Source: an uncultured Acidimicrobiia bacterium (GTDB taxonomy: Bacteria > Actinomycetota > Acidimicrobiia > Acidimicrobiales > AC-14). From it: a DNA stretch of 64,000 nt. This document shows, in pieces, positions 18,944 through 27,533 of this stretch. The notes under the pieces were generated by a model. The model made no database searches, was not told where the DNA came from, and worked only from the letters and a program-made list of their open reading frames with translations. Numbering within the stretch: the first letter of the stretch is position 1; the number at the start of each line of letters is the position of its first letter. The stretch is taken from positions 352,001 to 416,000 of the forward strand of contig CAWIIV010000006.1 of the NCBI GenBank assembly GCA_963836205.1. The letters run 5' to 3'. The position numbers were made by a program, and so were the translations under genes.

Positions 18944-20656
18944 TCAGGGGTCGCGGCGAGGGGTCTTGGCGGGAGCGGCGGGACGGCCCCGGCCGTTCGT
19001 CGGGGCCGACCGAGCGTCCGTGGCCAGCGGGGTGCTCGCCGCCGCCTCTTTCCCCACTCTCGGGGGAGCCGTCCTGTACTCGTACGCATAGGCCGAGCCG
19101 TAGCCACCCGAGGTCGGGACGCCGTTGAGCAAAACTCCCACGAGGGGGGCGTCGACCTGGGCCGCCATGGCCAAGGCCGTCGCCGCCTGCTTCTGCGAGG
19201 TCTGCCCGACGGCGAAGACCATGATGGTGGCGTCGACATGGCGGAACAGCACCAGGGCGTCGGTGACCGGCAGCACCGGCGGAGAGTCGATGAGGACGAT
19301 GTCGGCGTCGGCCTTGAGGGCGGCGAACACCTCCTTGGTGCGGCCGGAGGAGAGCAACTCGGACGGGTTCGGCGGCAGAGGACCCGAAGCCAGCACCCGC
19401 AGCCGGGGGATGCCGGGCACGTTCTGCACTGCGCGCGTGATGGGAGCCTCGCCCAGAAGCATCGACGTGAACCCGATCTCGTTGGAGAGACCGAAGAACT
19501 CGTGGAGCCGGGGTCGGCGGAGGTCGCAGCAGACCAGGGTGACCCGCTGGCCGGCTTTGGCCAGGGCGACGCCCAGGTTGGCCAGGCTCGTGGTCTTGCC
19601 TTCGCCCGCGTTGGCGCTGGTGACCTGCACGACGCCCATCGGTCGGTCGAGGGCCACGAACTGGATGGCGGTGCGCACGGTGCGGTAGGCCTCGGCCGCC
19701 GGGGAGTTGGGGGCGTCCAGGGTGATGAGCTGGACGTCGGCCCGTTCCTTCCAGCCTCCGACGGCGGGGATGACGCCGATGACGGGGGCGCGGCCCGCGA
19801 TCTTCTCCAGATCTTCCCTGGTCTTGATCGAGTCGTCGAGGTACTCGGCCAGGAAGGCCAGCCCGATCCCGAGCATCAGGCCCATGAGGAGCGCGAGCAC
19901 CGCGTTACGTATCGGCTGCGGCCTCACCGGCGAGGTCGGCAGCTCGGCATCGCCTGCCGGCTGCGCCCCACCGGTGGCCAGCTTGGTCTCCACCGTGAGC
20001 TTGTCGAGCGTGTCCTTGAACGCCGCCTGTTGCTGCACCAGGGTCAGGCGCTGGGCACTCACCGAGTCCCTCGTCGGCCCCGGGGCGGCGGCATCGGCGG
20101 CCGGCTCCGCCCGCAATTGGTCGTCCAGCGCCGTGATCTGCTGCTGGAGGGTGCTGATGCGGTCCTGGATCTGCTCGCCGGCCGCCAGGAGGCCGTCGAC
20201 CACCTGCTGGCGACGGACCTCGACGTAGGCGGCGGCGTAGGTGTCGGCCACCAGCACCGCCCGTTTCGGGTCCGCGCTCTCGGCGGTGACCTCGATGACG
20301 TCGGTCTGGCCCACCGGGCTGGCGGTGATGTCAGGGGCGGAGCCGAGCTTGTCGCGGACGGCGTCCTTGACCAGTTGGCTCTTCAGGATCTCGATCTCCG
20401 TGGCCAGGGCGCGGGCCGGGTCGGTGCGCTGACCGGTGTTGGGGTTGAACGGGGACTCGGACTGGTTGTCACGGATGACCAGCCGGGCGCTGGCGGCATA
20501 GACTGGCTCCTGGACGTACGAGGCCAGCAACGCGGCGCCGACCACAACGGCGACGGTGAGGAGCGCAACTTTCTTGCGGCGCCTGAGCACACGCAGGTAG
20601 TCGCGCAGCTCTAGCTCAGATGTCGAAACCTGCTCTGTCGCCGTGACCACCGCCAT
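18944..20656 (-). CDS. Polysaccharide co-polymerase / tyrosine autokinase (Wzc-like), copy 1
   Basis: ELRDYLRVL Wzz N-terminus, AEAYRTVRT, Walker A TSANAGEGKTT, CDLRRP, IDSPP and a Tyr-rich tail GYGSAYAYEY. Confidence 0.92.
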   Translation of the reverse strand: MAVVTATEQVSTSELELRDYLRVLRRRKKVALLTVAVVVGAALLASYVQEPVYAASARLVIRDNQSESPFNPNTGQRTDPARALATEIEILKSQLVKDAVRDKLGSAPDITASPVGQTDVIEVTAESADPKRAVLVADTYAAAYVEVRRQQVVDGLLAAGEQIQDRISTLQQQITALDDQLRAEPAADAAAPGPTRDSVSAQRLTLVQQQAAFKDTLDKLTVETKLATGGAQPAGDAELPTSPVRPQPIRNAVLALLMGLMLGIGLAFLAEYLDDSIKTREDLEKIAGRAPVIGVIPAVGGWKERADVQLITLDAPNSPAAEAYRTVRTAIQFVALDRPMGVVQVTSANAGEGKTTSLANLGVALAKAGQRVTLVCCDLRRPRLHEFFGLSNEIGFTSMLLGEAPITRAVQNVPGIPRLRVLASGPLPPNPSELLSSGRTKEVFAALKADADIVLIDSPPVLPVTDALVLFRHVDATIMVFAVGQTSQKQAATALAMAAQVDAPLVGVLLNGVPTSGGYGSAYAYEYRTAPPRVGKEAAASTPLATDARSAPTNGRGRPAAPAKTPRRDP

Positions 20657-20773
20657 CCAGCCTAACCGGCCGTCGCCGGGCTCAGTCCGGCTCAGCCACA
20701 ATGTCAGTCAGCCGCGCCCACGAGCTGTTTCGCCGCCAGTAGCCGTTTCGATCGACAAGGGAGAAGGCGTCGC

Positions 20774-21364
20774 GTGGACCACCTGATGGGCGACACCGAT
20801 CCCCCCGGGCAAATGATCTCTGTCCCGTCCTCCGCGGCACCACATCGGCTGGGCGACGGCCTCACCGTCTGGCTCACCGGGCTGCCGTCGGCGGGCAAGA
20901 CCACCATCGCCAACGGTCTGGCCGAGCGCCTCACGCAGGCCGGCTACCCGGTGGAGGTACTCGACGGCGACTGCGTGCGCAAGGTGCTCGGGCCCGAGCT
21001 GGGGTACAGCCGCGAGGATCGCGACCGCAACGTGCGGCGGGTCGGCTACGTGGCCGAGCTCCTCAGCCGCCATGGCGTGGTGGTGGTCTGCGCCCTCGTG
21101 TCGCCCTACCGGTCCACCCGCGACGCAGTGCGGGCCGAGCACGAGGGCCGGTTCTTCGAGGTCCTGGTGGCCACGCCGCCGTCGGTGTGCGCCGAGCGGG
21201 ACGTGAAGGGCCTCTACGCCAGCCAGTCGGCGGGGGACATGAACGGCCTCACCGGCGTTGACGACCCTTACGAGCCGCCCCTCGACCCCGACGTCGTCGT
21301 CCCCACCCACACCCAGACGGTGGCGGAGTCGGTGCAGACAGTCTGGGACGCCCTTCCCCGATGA
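20774..21364 (+). CDS. cysC: Adenylyl-sulfate kinase
   Basis: VWLTGLPSAGKTT, LDGD, DRDRNVRR, RDVKGLY and TGVDDPYEPP; start may be 20813. Confidence 0.95.
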   Translation: MDHLMGDTDPPGQMISVPSSAAPHRLGDGLTVWLTGLPSAGKTTIANGLAERLTQAGYPVEVLDGDCVRKVLGPELGYSREDRDRNVRRVGYVAELLSRHGVVVVCALVSPYRSTRDAVRAEHEGRFFEVLVATPPSVCAERDVKGLYASQSAGDMNGLTGVDDPYEPPLDPDVVVPTHTQTVAESVQTVWDALPR

Positions 21365-22290
21365 GTCCGCTCACCCGCCCCCGCCAGCCGTTCGAGCTCT
21401 CCCACCTCGACGCCCTCGAGTCGGAAGCCATCTACATCATGCGGGAGGTGGCGGCCGAACTTGAGCGCCCAGTGCTGCTGTTCAGCGGGGGCAAGGACTC
21501 GTTGGTGCTCCTGCGCCTGGCGGAGAAGGCGTTCCGGCCGGCGAAGTTTCCGTTCCCGGTGATGCACATCGACACTGGGCACAACTTTCCCGAGGCTCTC
21601 GAGTTCCGCGACCGGCGGGTGGCGGAGCTGGGCGAGCGGCTCATCGTGGCCAGCGTCCAGGACTCGATCGACAAGGGGCGAGCCACCGAGGTGGGGGGGC
21701 CGACGGCGTCCCGCAACCGGCTCCAGACCATCACGTTGCTCGACGCCATCGCCGAGCACGGCTTCGACTCCTGCTTCGGCGGTGCCCGGCGTGACGAGGA
21801 CAAGGCCCGGGCCAAGGAACGGGTGTTCTCGTTCCGTGACGACTTCGGGCAGTGGGACCCCAAGAACCAGCGCCCGGAGCTGTGGTCGCTCTACAACGGC
21901 CGGGTCCACAAGGGCGAGCACATCCGGGCCTTTCCCATCTCCAACTGGACCGAGCTCGACGTGTGGATGTACATCGCCAAGGAGAAGCTGGAGCTGCCGT
22001 CGATCTACTTCGCCCACCGGCGGGTCGTCGTCCCCCGGGACGGGATGCTGCTGGCCGTGGGTCCGGTGGTGACCCCCCTCCCCCACGAGGAGCCGGCCGA
22101 GATGCTCGTGCGGTTCCGCACGGTGGGCGACATGTCGTGCACGGGGGCGGTGCTGTCGTCGGCATCGACGGTGGACGAGGTGATCGTCGAGGTCATGGCC
22201 ACCCGCATCACCGAGCGGGGCGCGACCCGGGCCGACGACAAGTTCTCCGAGGCCGCCATGGAGGACCGCAAGAAAGAAGGGTATTTCTGA
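21361..22290 (+). CDS. cysD: Sulfate adenylyltransferase subunit 2
   Basis: LLFSGGKDS, GGARRDE, WDPKNQRPELW and MEDRKKEGYF. Confidence 0.97.
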   Translation: MSPLTRPRQPFELSHLDALESEAIYIMREVAAELERPVLLFSGGKDSLVLLRLAEKAFRPAKFPFPVMHIDTGHNFPEALEFRDRRVAELGERLIVASVQDSIDKGRATEVGGPTASRNRLQTITLLDAIAEHGFDSCFGGARRDEDKARAKERVFSFRDDFGQWDPKNQRPELWSLYNGRVHKGEHIRAFPISNWTELDVWMYIAKEKLELPSIYFAHRRVVVPRDGMLLAVGPVVTPLPHEEPAEMLVRFRTVGDMSCTGAVLSSASTVDEVIVEVMATRITERGATRADDKFSEAAMEDRKKEGYF

Positions 22291-23543
22291 TGGACTTAGT
22301 GCGGGTCGCCACCGCCGGGTCCGTCGACGACGGCAAGTCCACGCTCATCGGCCGGCTGCTCTACGACTCCAAGCAGATCCTGGAGGACACCCTCGAAGCG
22401 GTGGAGAAGTCGAGCACCCAGCGGGGCTACGACTACATGAACCTGGCGTTGCTCACCGACGGACTCCGGGCGGAGCGGGAGCAGGGCATCACCATCGATG
22501 TCGCCTACCGCTACTTCACCACCGCCCGCCGCAAGTTCATCCTGGCCGACACCCCCGGGCACATCCAGTACACCCGCAACATGGTGACGGGGGCGTCGAC
22601 GGCCGACGTGGCCCTGGTGCTGGTCGATGCCCGCAAGGGGCTGTTGGAGCAGTCCCGCCGGCACGCGTTCCTGGCCACCCTGCTCCGGGTGCCCCACGTG
22701 GCCGTCTGCGTGAACAAGATGGACCTGGTCGACTGGGACCAGGGGGTGTACGAGGCCATCCGGGACGAGTTCCGGGCCTTCGCCACCCGCCTGGAGATCG
22801 CCGACCTGTCGTTCTTCCCGGTGTGCGCCCTGCACGGCGACAACATCGTCGACCGCTCGCAGAACATGCCGTGGTACCGGGGGCTGCCCCTGCTGGTGCA
22901 CCTGGAGGAGCTGCACATCGCCTCCGACCGCAACCTGGTCGACGGCCGCTTCCCGGTGCAGTACGTGGTGCGGCCCTTGACCGAGGAGCACCACGACTAC
23001 CGGGCCTACGCCGGCGTGGTGGCGGGGGGCGTGTTCCGGCCCGGCGACGAGGTGGTCGTGCTGCCGTCGGGGATGACGACGACGATCGCGGGGATCGACA
23101 CGTTCGACGGGCCGGTGGAGGAGGCGTTCCCCCCCATGTCGGTGTCGATGCGGCTGAGCGACGATGTCGACGTGTCCCGGGGCGACATGATCTGCCGGCC
23201 GGGCAACCAGCCCGAGATCTCCCAGGACATCGACGCCATGGTGTGCTGGATGGCCGACAAACCGCTGGTGGAGGGGGGTCGGTACGGCCTGAAGCACACC
23301 ACCCGGTCGGTGCGGGCGGTCGTGCGCGACCTCCGCTACCGGCTCGACGTGACGACATTGCACCGGGACGAGACCGCCGTCGACCTCGGGTTGAACCAGG
23401 TGGGCCGCATCACCATTCGCACCACGGCCCCCCTGATGTACGACGACTACCACCGCAGCCGGAGCACCGGGAGCTTCATCCTCATCGACGAGTCCACCAA
23501 CGCCACCGTCGCCGCGGGCATGATCCTCGACCGCCACTCGTAG
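22290..23543 (+). CDS. cysN: Sulfate adenylyltransferase subunit 1 (GTPase)
   Basis: ATG overlaps the cysD stop; TAGSVDDGKSTLIGRLL, EREQGITIDVAYRYF, DTPGH and NKMD. Confidence 0.97.
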   Translation: MDLVRVATAGSVDDGKSTLIGRLLYDSKQILEDTLEAVEKSSTQRGYDYMNLALLTDGLRAEREQGITIDVAYRYFTTARRKFILADTPGHIQYTRNMVTGASTADVALVLVDARKGLLEQSRRHAFLATLLRVPHVAVCVNKMDLVDWDQGVYEAIRDEFRAFATRLEIADLSFFPVCALHGDNIVDRSQNMPWYRGLPLLVHLEELHIASDRNLVDGRFPVQYVVRPLTEEHHDYRAYAGVVAGGVFRPGDEVVVLPSGMTTTIAGIDTFDGPVEEAFPPMSVSMRLSDDVDVSRGDMICRPGNQPEISQDIDAMVCWMADKPLVEGGRYGLKHTTRSVRAVVRDLRYRLDVTTLHRDETAVDLGLNQVGRITIRTTAPLMYDDYHRSRSTGSFILIDESTNATVAAGMILDRHS

Positions 23544-23551
23544 GCGACGAC

Positions 23552-23680
23552 TCGTGGCGAGCGATCGCCACGAATGCCCCCGGGGGTTGCTCGTGCCAAT
23601 CGTTCGCTTGCGAGTGGCGGTGGTGGTGGAGCCATCGCCACGAACAGCCCCTCCTCGGGGCACTTGCGCCAATCGTTCGT
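23552..23680. repeat. Hairpin plus two imperfect direct copies of ATCGCCACGAA...GCCAATCGTTCG between convergent genes
   Basis: TCGTGGCGA-GCGA-TCGCCACGA at 23552-23573; second unit from about 23634. Confidence 0.6.
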
Positions 23681-23704
23681 CACGAACGACGCCGGGTCAG
23701 CGTG

Positions 23705-24223
23705 TCAGACGGGCCACTCGATCTGGCGGACGAGCTCGGTGACCGCCACGCCGAGGAGGCCGCTCCTGTCGGTCTCCTCGTAGGCGGCTCCGGCGAGGAC
23801 GAACCACCGCAGCTCGCGGCTGAGGGGGTCGGCGACGCAGATCTCGTCGACGAGGTGCCGGGCGTAGAAATCGAACTTGGCCCACGTCTCGTCGTCGGGT
23901 GAGACGACCTCCACCACGATGGCGGCCGTCGGGATCCAGACCGCGGACGGCAACTGGCGGTGGAAGCCCCGGTCGGGAACCCGGAAGTCGTCCGGATCAC
24001 CGAGGTTGAATGGGTCAGTTCCGACAAGCCCGGCCGCCCGGGCATACGGACCGAGCAACTCGGCCAGGAGTGCCCCCACGTAGCCGTGCCAGGCATGGGC
24101 CATCGGCGCCACGTGGTAGACCCCCTCCCACACCTCGTCGTGCCCGTCCTGACCCAGGGCCCGCCGGCGCTCGAGGAACGCCTCGAACTCGGGGGGCCGC
24201 GGACCGAGAACCACCGTCTTCAC
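23705..24223 (-). CDS. Uma2/DUF820 family PD-(D/E)xK endonuclease-like protein
   Basis: EVWEG..VAP...H, FRVPD and IVVEVVSPDD...KFDFYA. Confidence 0.85.
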   Translation of the reverse strand: MKTVVLGPRPPEFEAFLERRRALGQDGHDEVWEGVYHVAPMAHAWHGYVGALLAELLGPYARAAGLVGTDPFNLGDPDDFRVPDRGFHRQLPSAVWIPTAAIVVEVVSPDDETWAKFDFYARHLVDEICVADPLSRELRWFVLAGAAYEETDRSGLLGVAVTELVRQIEWPV

Positions 24224-24263
24224 GTCGTCCAGCGTACCGATTGGACCGGGGCCCAGGGAGGCC

Positions 24264-24755
24264 TCAGATGCAGCCGACGTTGGCCGCTCCAGCCCGGAGC
24301 TCGGCGTCGTCGATCATCTCGAGGAGCTGGCGGAACAGGGCGCAGGCCTCCGAGTCGTAGCCGGGAAGGCCGGGGGGCGTCTCGTCGCCGGGATCCTCGG
24401 TGTCGTCGGGTGCCGACGAACCCCCGGCGGTGGTCGTCATCGGGGACCCACCCGGGGCCGACGACCCCCCGGCGGAGGTGGTGGGCGTCGAGGACCCTAA
24501 GCCGGGCTGGCCAGGGGACGATGGAGACGACGCCGACGGCGAGCCCGTGGACGGCAGCGTCGTGGCCGTGGGCGACGACGGCCGTGTCGTGGTGAGCGCC
24601 GGCAGCCCAGTTGTGGGTCGCGGGCCCGACGACGGCGATTCGGGGTCGGAGTTTCCGAGGAGCGCCACCGCCCCGAACACGGCCAGTCCGAGGACGACAA
24701 CAGCAGCGACGACGATGGCCACCAGAGGACCGCGAGAGCGGGCTTCGCCGACCAT
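24264..24755 (-). CDS. Membrane-anchored Ser/Thr/Pro-rich protein with a C-terminal Cys-bracketed helix
   Basis: N-terminal TM, low-complexity stalk, ends ACALFRQLLEMIDDAELRAGAANVGCI. Confidence 0.65.
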   Translation of the reverse strand: MVGEARSRGPLVAIVVAAVVVLGLAVFGAVALLGNSDPESPSSGPRPTTGLPALTTTRPSSPTATTLPSTGSPSASSPSSPGQPGLGSSTPTTSAGGSSAPGGSPMTTTAGGSSAPDDTEDPGDETPPGLPGYDSEACALFRQLLEMIDDAELRAGAANVGCI

Positions 24756-24852
24756 GTCGCCGACCAGGCTAGTCGTCCCCGGGCGGGGCGTCGGGTGGGG
24801 GCGCCGATCGGGCCTGGGGGCGCCCAGTCGAGCGGGGCAGTAGGTTCGTCAC

Positions 24853-25178
24853 GTGAAGGTCCTGGCCACCGGCGCGGCCGGATTCATCGGTTCCGACGTC
24901 GCCCGGGCGCTGCTCGACCGGGGGGACGAGAGGCCAACGAGCTGATGGCTCACGGCTACAGCCACCTTTACCGGATCCCGCCACCGGCCTGCGCCTGGTC
25001 ACCGTCTACGGGCCCTGGTCGGCCCGACATGGCCGCCTTCCTGTTCACCAGGGCCACCCTCGACGGAAACTCGATCGACGCGTTCAAGCGGGCCGATACA
25101 GCGCGATCGAACGGGCACCGACGGCCGACCGGGATCGAGCGCTTCGTCGCCTGGTGCCGGGAGTACTACGGGGTCTGA
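24853..25178 (+). pseudogene. Internally deleted remnant of an NAD-dependent (UDP-glucuronate 4-) epimerase
   Basis: VKVLATGAAGFIGS...LLDRGDE joined across frameshifts to ANELMAHGYSHLY, TGLR..TVYGPW, RPDMA.FLFT and GIERFVAW.REYY. Confidence 0.85.
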
Positions 25179-25181
25179 GCG

Positions 25182-25574
25182 TTGACCCTTTCCACCGTCG
25201 GCCGGGTGGCGCTCGCGGTCGTCTTCGCCGCGGCCGCGGTGGGAAAGCTGGCCGACCGGAGGGGGGCGGTGGCTGCGGCCGAGGGGTTGGGGGTGCCGGC
25301 GGCGGGGGCGGGCCCGGTGACGGTCGGGCTGGCAACGGCGGAGCTGGCTGTGGCCGCGGCCCTCGTGTGGCCGCCGACGGCAGCCGTGGGCGCGGCGGCG
25401 GGGCTCTTCATCCTCGCCCTGCTCACCTGCCTGGTGGTGCTCAACCTGCGCCGGGGCCGCCGCCCGCCGTGCCATTGCTTCGGCCGGGTGAACGCCGCCC
25501 CCATCGGTGCCGCCACCGTGGTACGGAATGTGGTGTTCATGGCGCTGGCGGTGGGCGTGCTGCTGACCGCCTGA
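25182..25574 (+). CDS. MauE/DoxX family membrane protein
   Basis: VFAAAAVGKL, TM helices, and the PCHCFG...VVRN motif. Confidence 0.8.
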   Translation: MTLSTVGRVALAVVFAAAAVGKLADRRGAVAAAEGLGVPAAGAGPVTVGLATAELAVAAALVWPPTAAVGAAAGLFILALLTCLVVLNLRRGRRPPCHCFGRVNAAPIGAATVVRNVVFMALAVGVLLTA

Positions 25575-25594
25575 CCGCTTAACCGGACGGCCGG

Positions 25595-26101
25595 CTACCC
25601 GGCGGCGCGGCAGACGTTGGTGAGGTAGGCCTGGAGGCGGGTGACGGAGTCGAGGAACTGCTCGTTCTGCAGGGCTCCCAGGTCGGCGGCCGACATGTTG
25701 GTGACGTTGAAGTCGACGGCGGCCGCCGCCGCCTGCACCGTCTTGAACGTGTCGGAGATGCGCATGACGTCGGGCTTGATCTCGGGCGGGGCGACTTCGA
25801 CCGCCTGATCGATGGAGTCGAGGGACTTTGCGAAAGCGGCCTCGAGCGCCTCCGGCGCGGCGGATGCGGAAACGCCCTGCTGGCTGTCGGTGAAGGCGGT
25901 GATGAACTCGCAGAACTCGGCGCTGCCCTCACCGGTGAAACGGGTGTCGACCGTCCGGGTGGAGGTCGTGGCCGCGGGCGCCGTGGTCGAGGTGGCGGCC
26001 GCGTTGTCGTCGCCGTCGTCGGAGTCGCTACAGCCTCCGAGCGTCAGGAGGGCGACGAGGCAGGCGGCGGGCACGACCAGGGCGGAGCGAACGATGCGCA
26101 T
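25595..26101 (-). CDS. Lipoprotein with a disulfide-closed helical domain
   Basis: Lipobox LGGC; FC...APPEIKPDV...NVC. Confidence 0.8.
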   Translation of the reverse strand: MRIVRSALVVPAACLVALLTLGGCSDSDDGDDNAAATSTTAPAATTSTRTVDTRFTGEGSAEFCEFITAFTDSQQGVSASAAPEALEAAFAKSLDSIDQAVEVAPPEIKPDVMRISDTFKTVQAAAAAVDFNVTNMSAADLGALQNEQFLDSVTRLQAYLTNVCRAAG

Positions 26102-26110
26102 CCGCTCTCT

Positions 26111-27043
26111 CTAGCAGACGTCGGCGATGTACTGGTTGAACCGGTCCCGGGCCGTCCTCGCGTCGGCCGTGGCCAGGCCCGCGAATGCGCCGGGGCCGAG
26201 CCGGCTGCGGTCGTAGCCGGCCGCCTCCATGTCGTCGAAGAGCCGGCCGAAGCCCCGGGCCAGGATGTCGACGTCGCCCTGGAGCTCGGAGGGGGCAGTG
26301 GCCTGGGCGGTGGCGAAGGAGTCGCGGGCCCACTCCACCGCGTTCTCGAGCTCGGACGGGCCGGATGCCGCGCCGACCGCCTCGAGTGCGGCACTCAGGT
26401 CGTAGGCGGGACCGCAGAAGTCGGTGGAGGTGGGAATCGGCGGGGTCGTCCCGCCGCCGGTGTTGTTGCCGCCACCGCCGGTGTTGTTGTTGCCGCCGCC
26501 GGTGTTGTTGCCGCCTCCGGTGTTGTTGCCTCCTCCGGTGTTGTTGCCTCCTCCGGTGTTGTTGCCACCGGTAGTGCCACCACCGGTGTTGTCACCCGTG
26601 CCGGTTCCGGTCCCGGTGCCCGTCCCCGTGCCGATGCCCGTCCCTGTCCCAGTCCCGCCCGAGCCGGTGCCGGCAGGGGGGGAAACCAACTCGGGCGGGA
26701 GGGCGACGACGGGTACGCCGAGGATCTGCAGCGCCCCCAGGCCGGGGGAGAGCACCGGGCTGGCGCCCGTCTCGCCGATGTCAGTGCCGGTTTCGGGACT
26801 GGTGTTCGCCCCGGCGAGGATCGACGGGACCTGGCCGGGGGTGGTGACGGTCGTGATCGCGGACCCCGTCCTCCCGGCCGTGTCGGCCGGCTGCGTCCCG
26901 ATGGGAGCGGAAATGGGGGTGGTCGAACCCGATCCCGTCCGTGCCGTCTTCGACGAGTCGCTACTGCAGCCGGCGAAGAGGGCTGCCGCGGCCAGGACAG
27001 CGATGAGGGTGTTCTGCCGCGTGCGCACCCCCCCTTGTACCAC
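26111..27043 (-). CDS. Lipoprotein with a Gly/Thr/Asn repeat linker and the same C-terminal helical domain
   Basis: Lipobox FAGC; (TG)n and (GGNNTG)n repeats; FC...APSELQGDV...DVC. Confidence 0.75.
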   Translation of the reverse strand: MVQGGVRTRQNTLIAVLAAAALFAGCSSDSSKTARTGSGSTTPISAPIGTQPADTAGRTGSAITTVTTPGQVPSILAGANTSPETGTDIGETGASPVLSPGLGALQILGVPVVALPPELVSPPAGTGSGGTGTGTGIGTGTGTGTGTGTGDNTGGGTTGGNNTGGGNNTGGGNNTGGGNNTGGGNNNTGGGGNNTGGGTTPPIPTSTDFCGPAYDLSAALEAVGAASGPSELENAVEWARDSFATAQATAPSELQGDVDILARGFGRLFDDMEAAGYDRSRLGPGAFAGLATADARTARDRFNQYIADVC

Positions 27044-27047
27044 AGCC

Positions 27048-27503
27048 TCAGTGCGGAACCCAGGCGTCTGGGTCGGCAGTGAGGGAGCGAATGGCGGGCG
27101 GGAGGTCGCCCGAGACGACCTGGGCCAGGCTCACGTTCTCCAGAACCGAGCGCAGGCTGGCCCGCACCGCCACCCATACCTCCTGGAGATGCTCGGCCGA
27201 GCCCGTGTAGATCGCGTGCTCCGGACGGTCGCCCCGGACCTCGGCCAGGGGACCCTCGACTGCCCGCATGACGTCGGCCAGGGAGATCGCGGTCGCCGGC
27301 CGGGCCAGCCGGTATCCGCCCTCCGACCCCCGCTGGCTGGCCACCAGTCCCCCCCGGCGCAGCTGGTTGAGGATGTTCTGGAGGAACTGGCGGGGCAGCT
27401 CGGCCGTGGTGGCCAGGGCTTCGGCCGGCACTGGGTCGCCGCCGGCCGCGGCCAGGGCCAACAGCGCCCGCACCGCGTAGTCGACCTTGGCCGAGATGTG
27501 CAC
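27048..27503 (-). CDS. Rrf2 family transcriptional regulator (Cys-free)
   Basis: DYAVRAL, SQRGSEGGYRLARP and RAVEGPL. Confidence 0.92.
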   Translation of the reverse strand: MHISAKVDYAVRALLALAAAGGDPVPAEALATTAELPRQFLQNILNQLRRGGLVASQRGSEGGYRLARPATAISLADVMRAVEGPLAEVRGDRPEHAIYTGSAEHLQEVWVAVRASLRSVLENVSLAQVVSGDLPPAIRSLTADPDAWVPH

Positions 27504-27533
27504 GCCCTCAGTCTGCCGCGCCGGCCGAGCCGG

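Noticed and set aside
23705-24223. Uma2 nuclease plus methyltransferases as a restriction or defence system
   Set aside because: The methyltransferases are small-molecule/glycan class I types without DNA-MTase motifs and lie far from Uma2.
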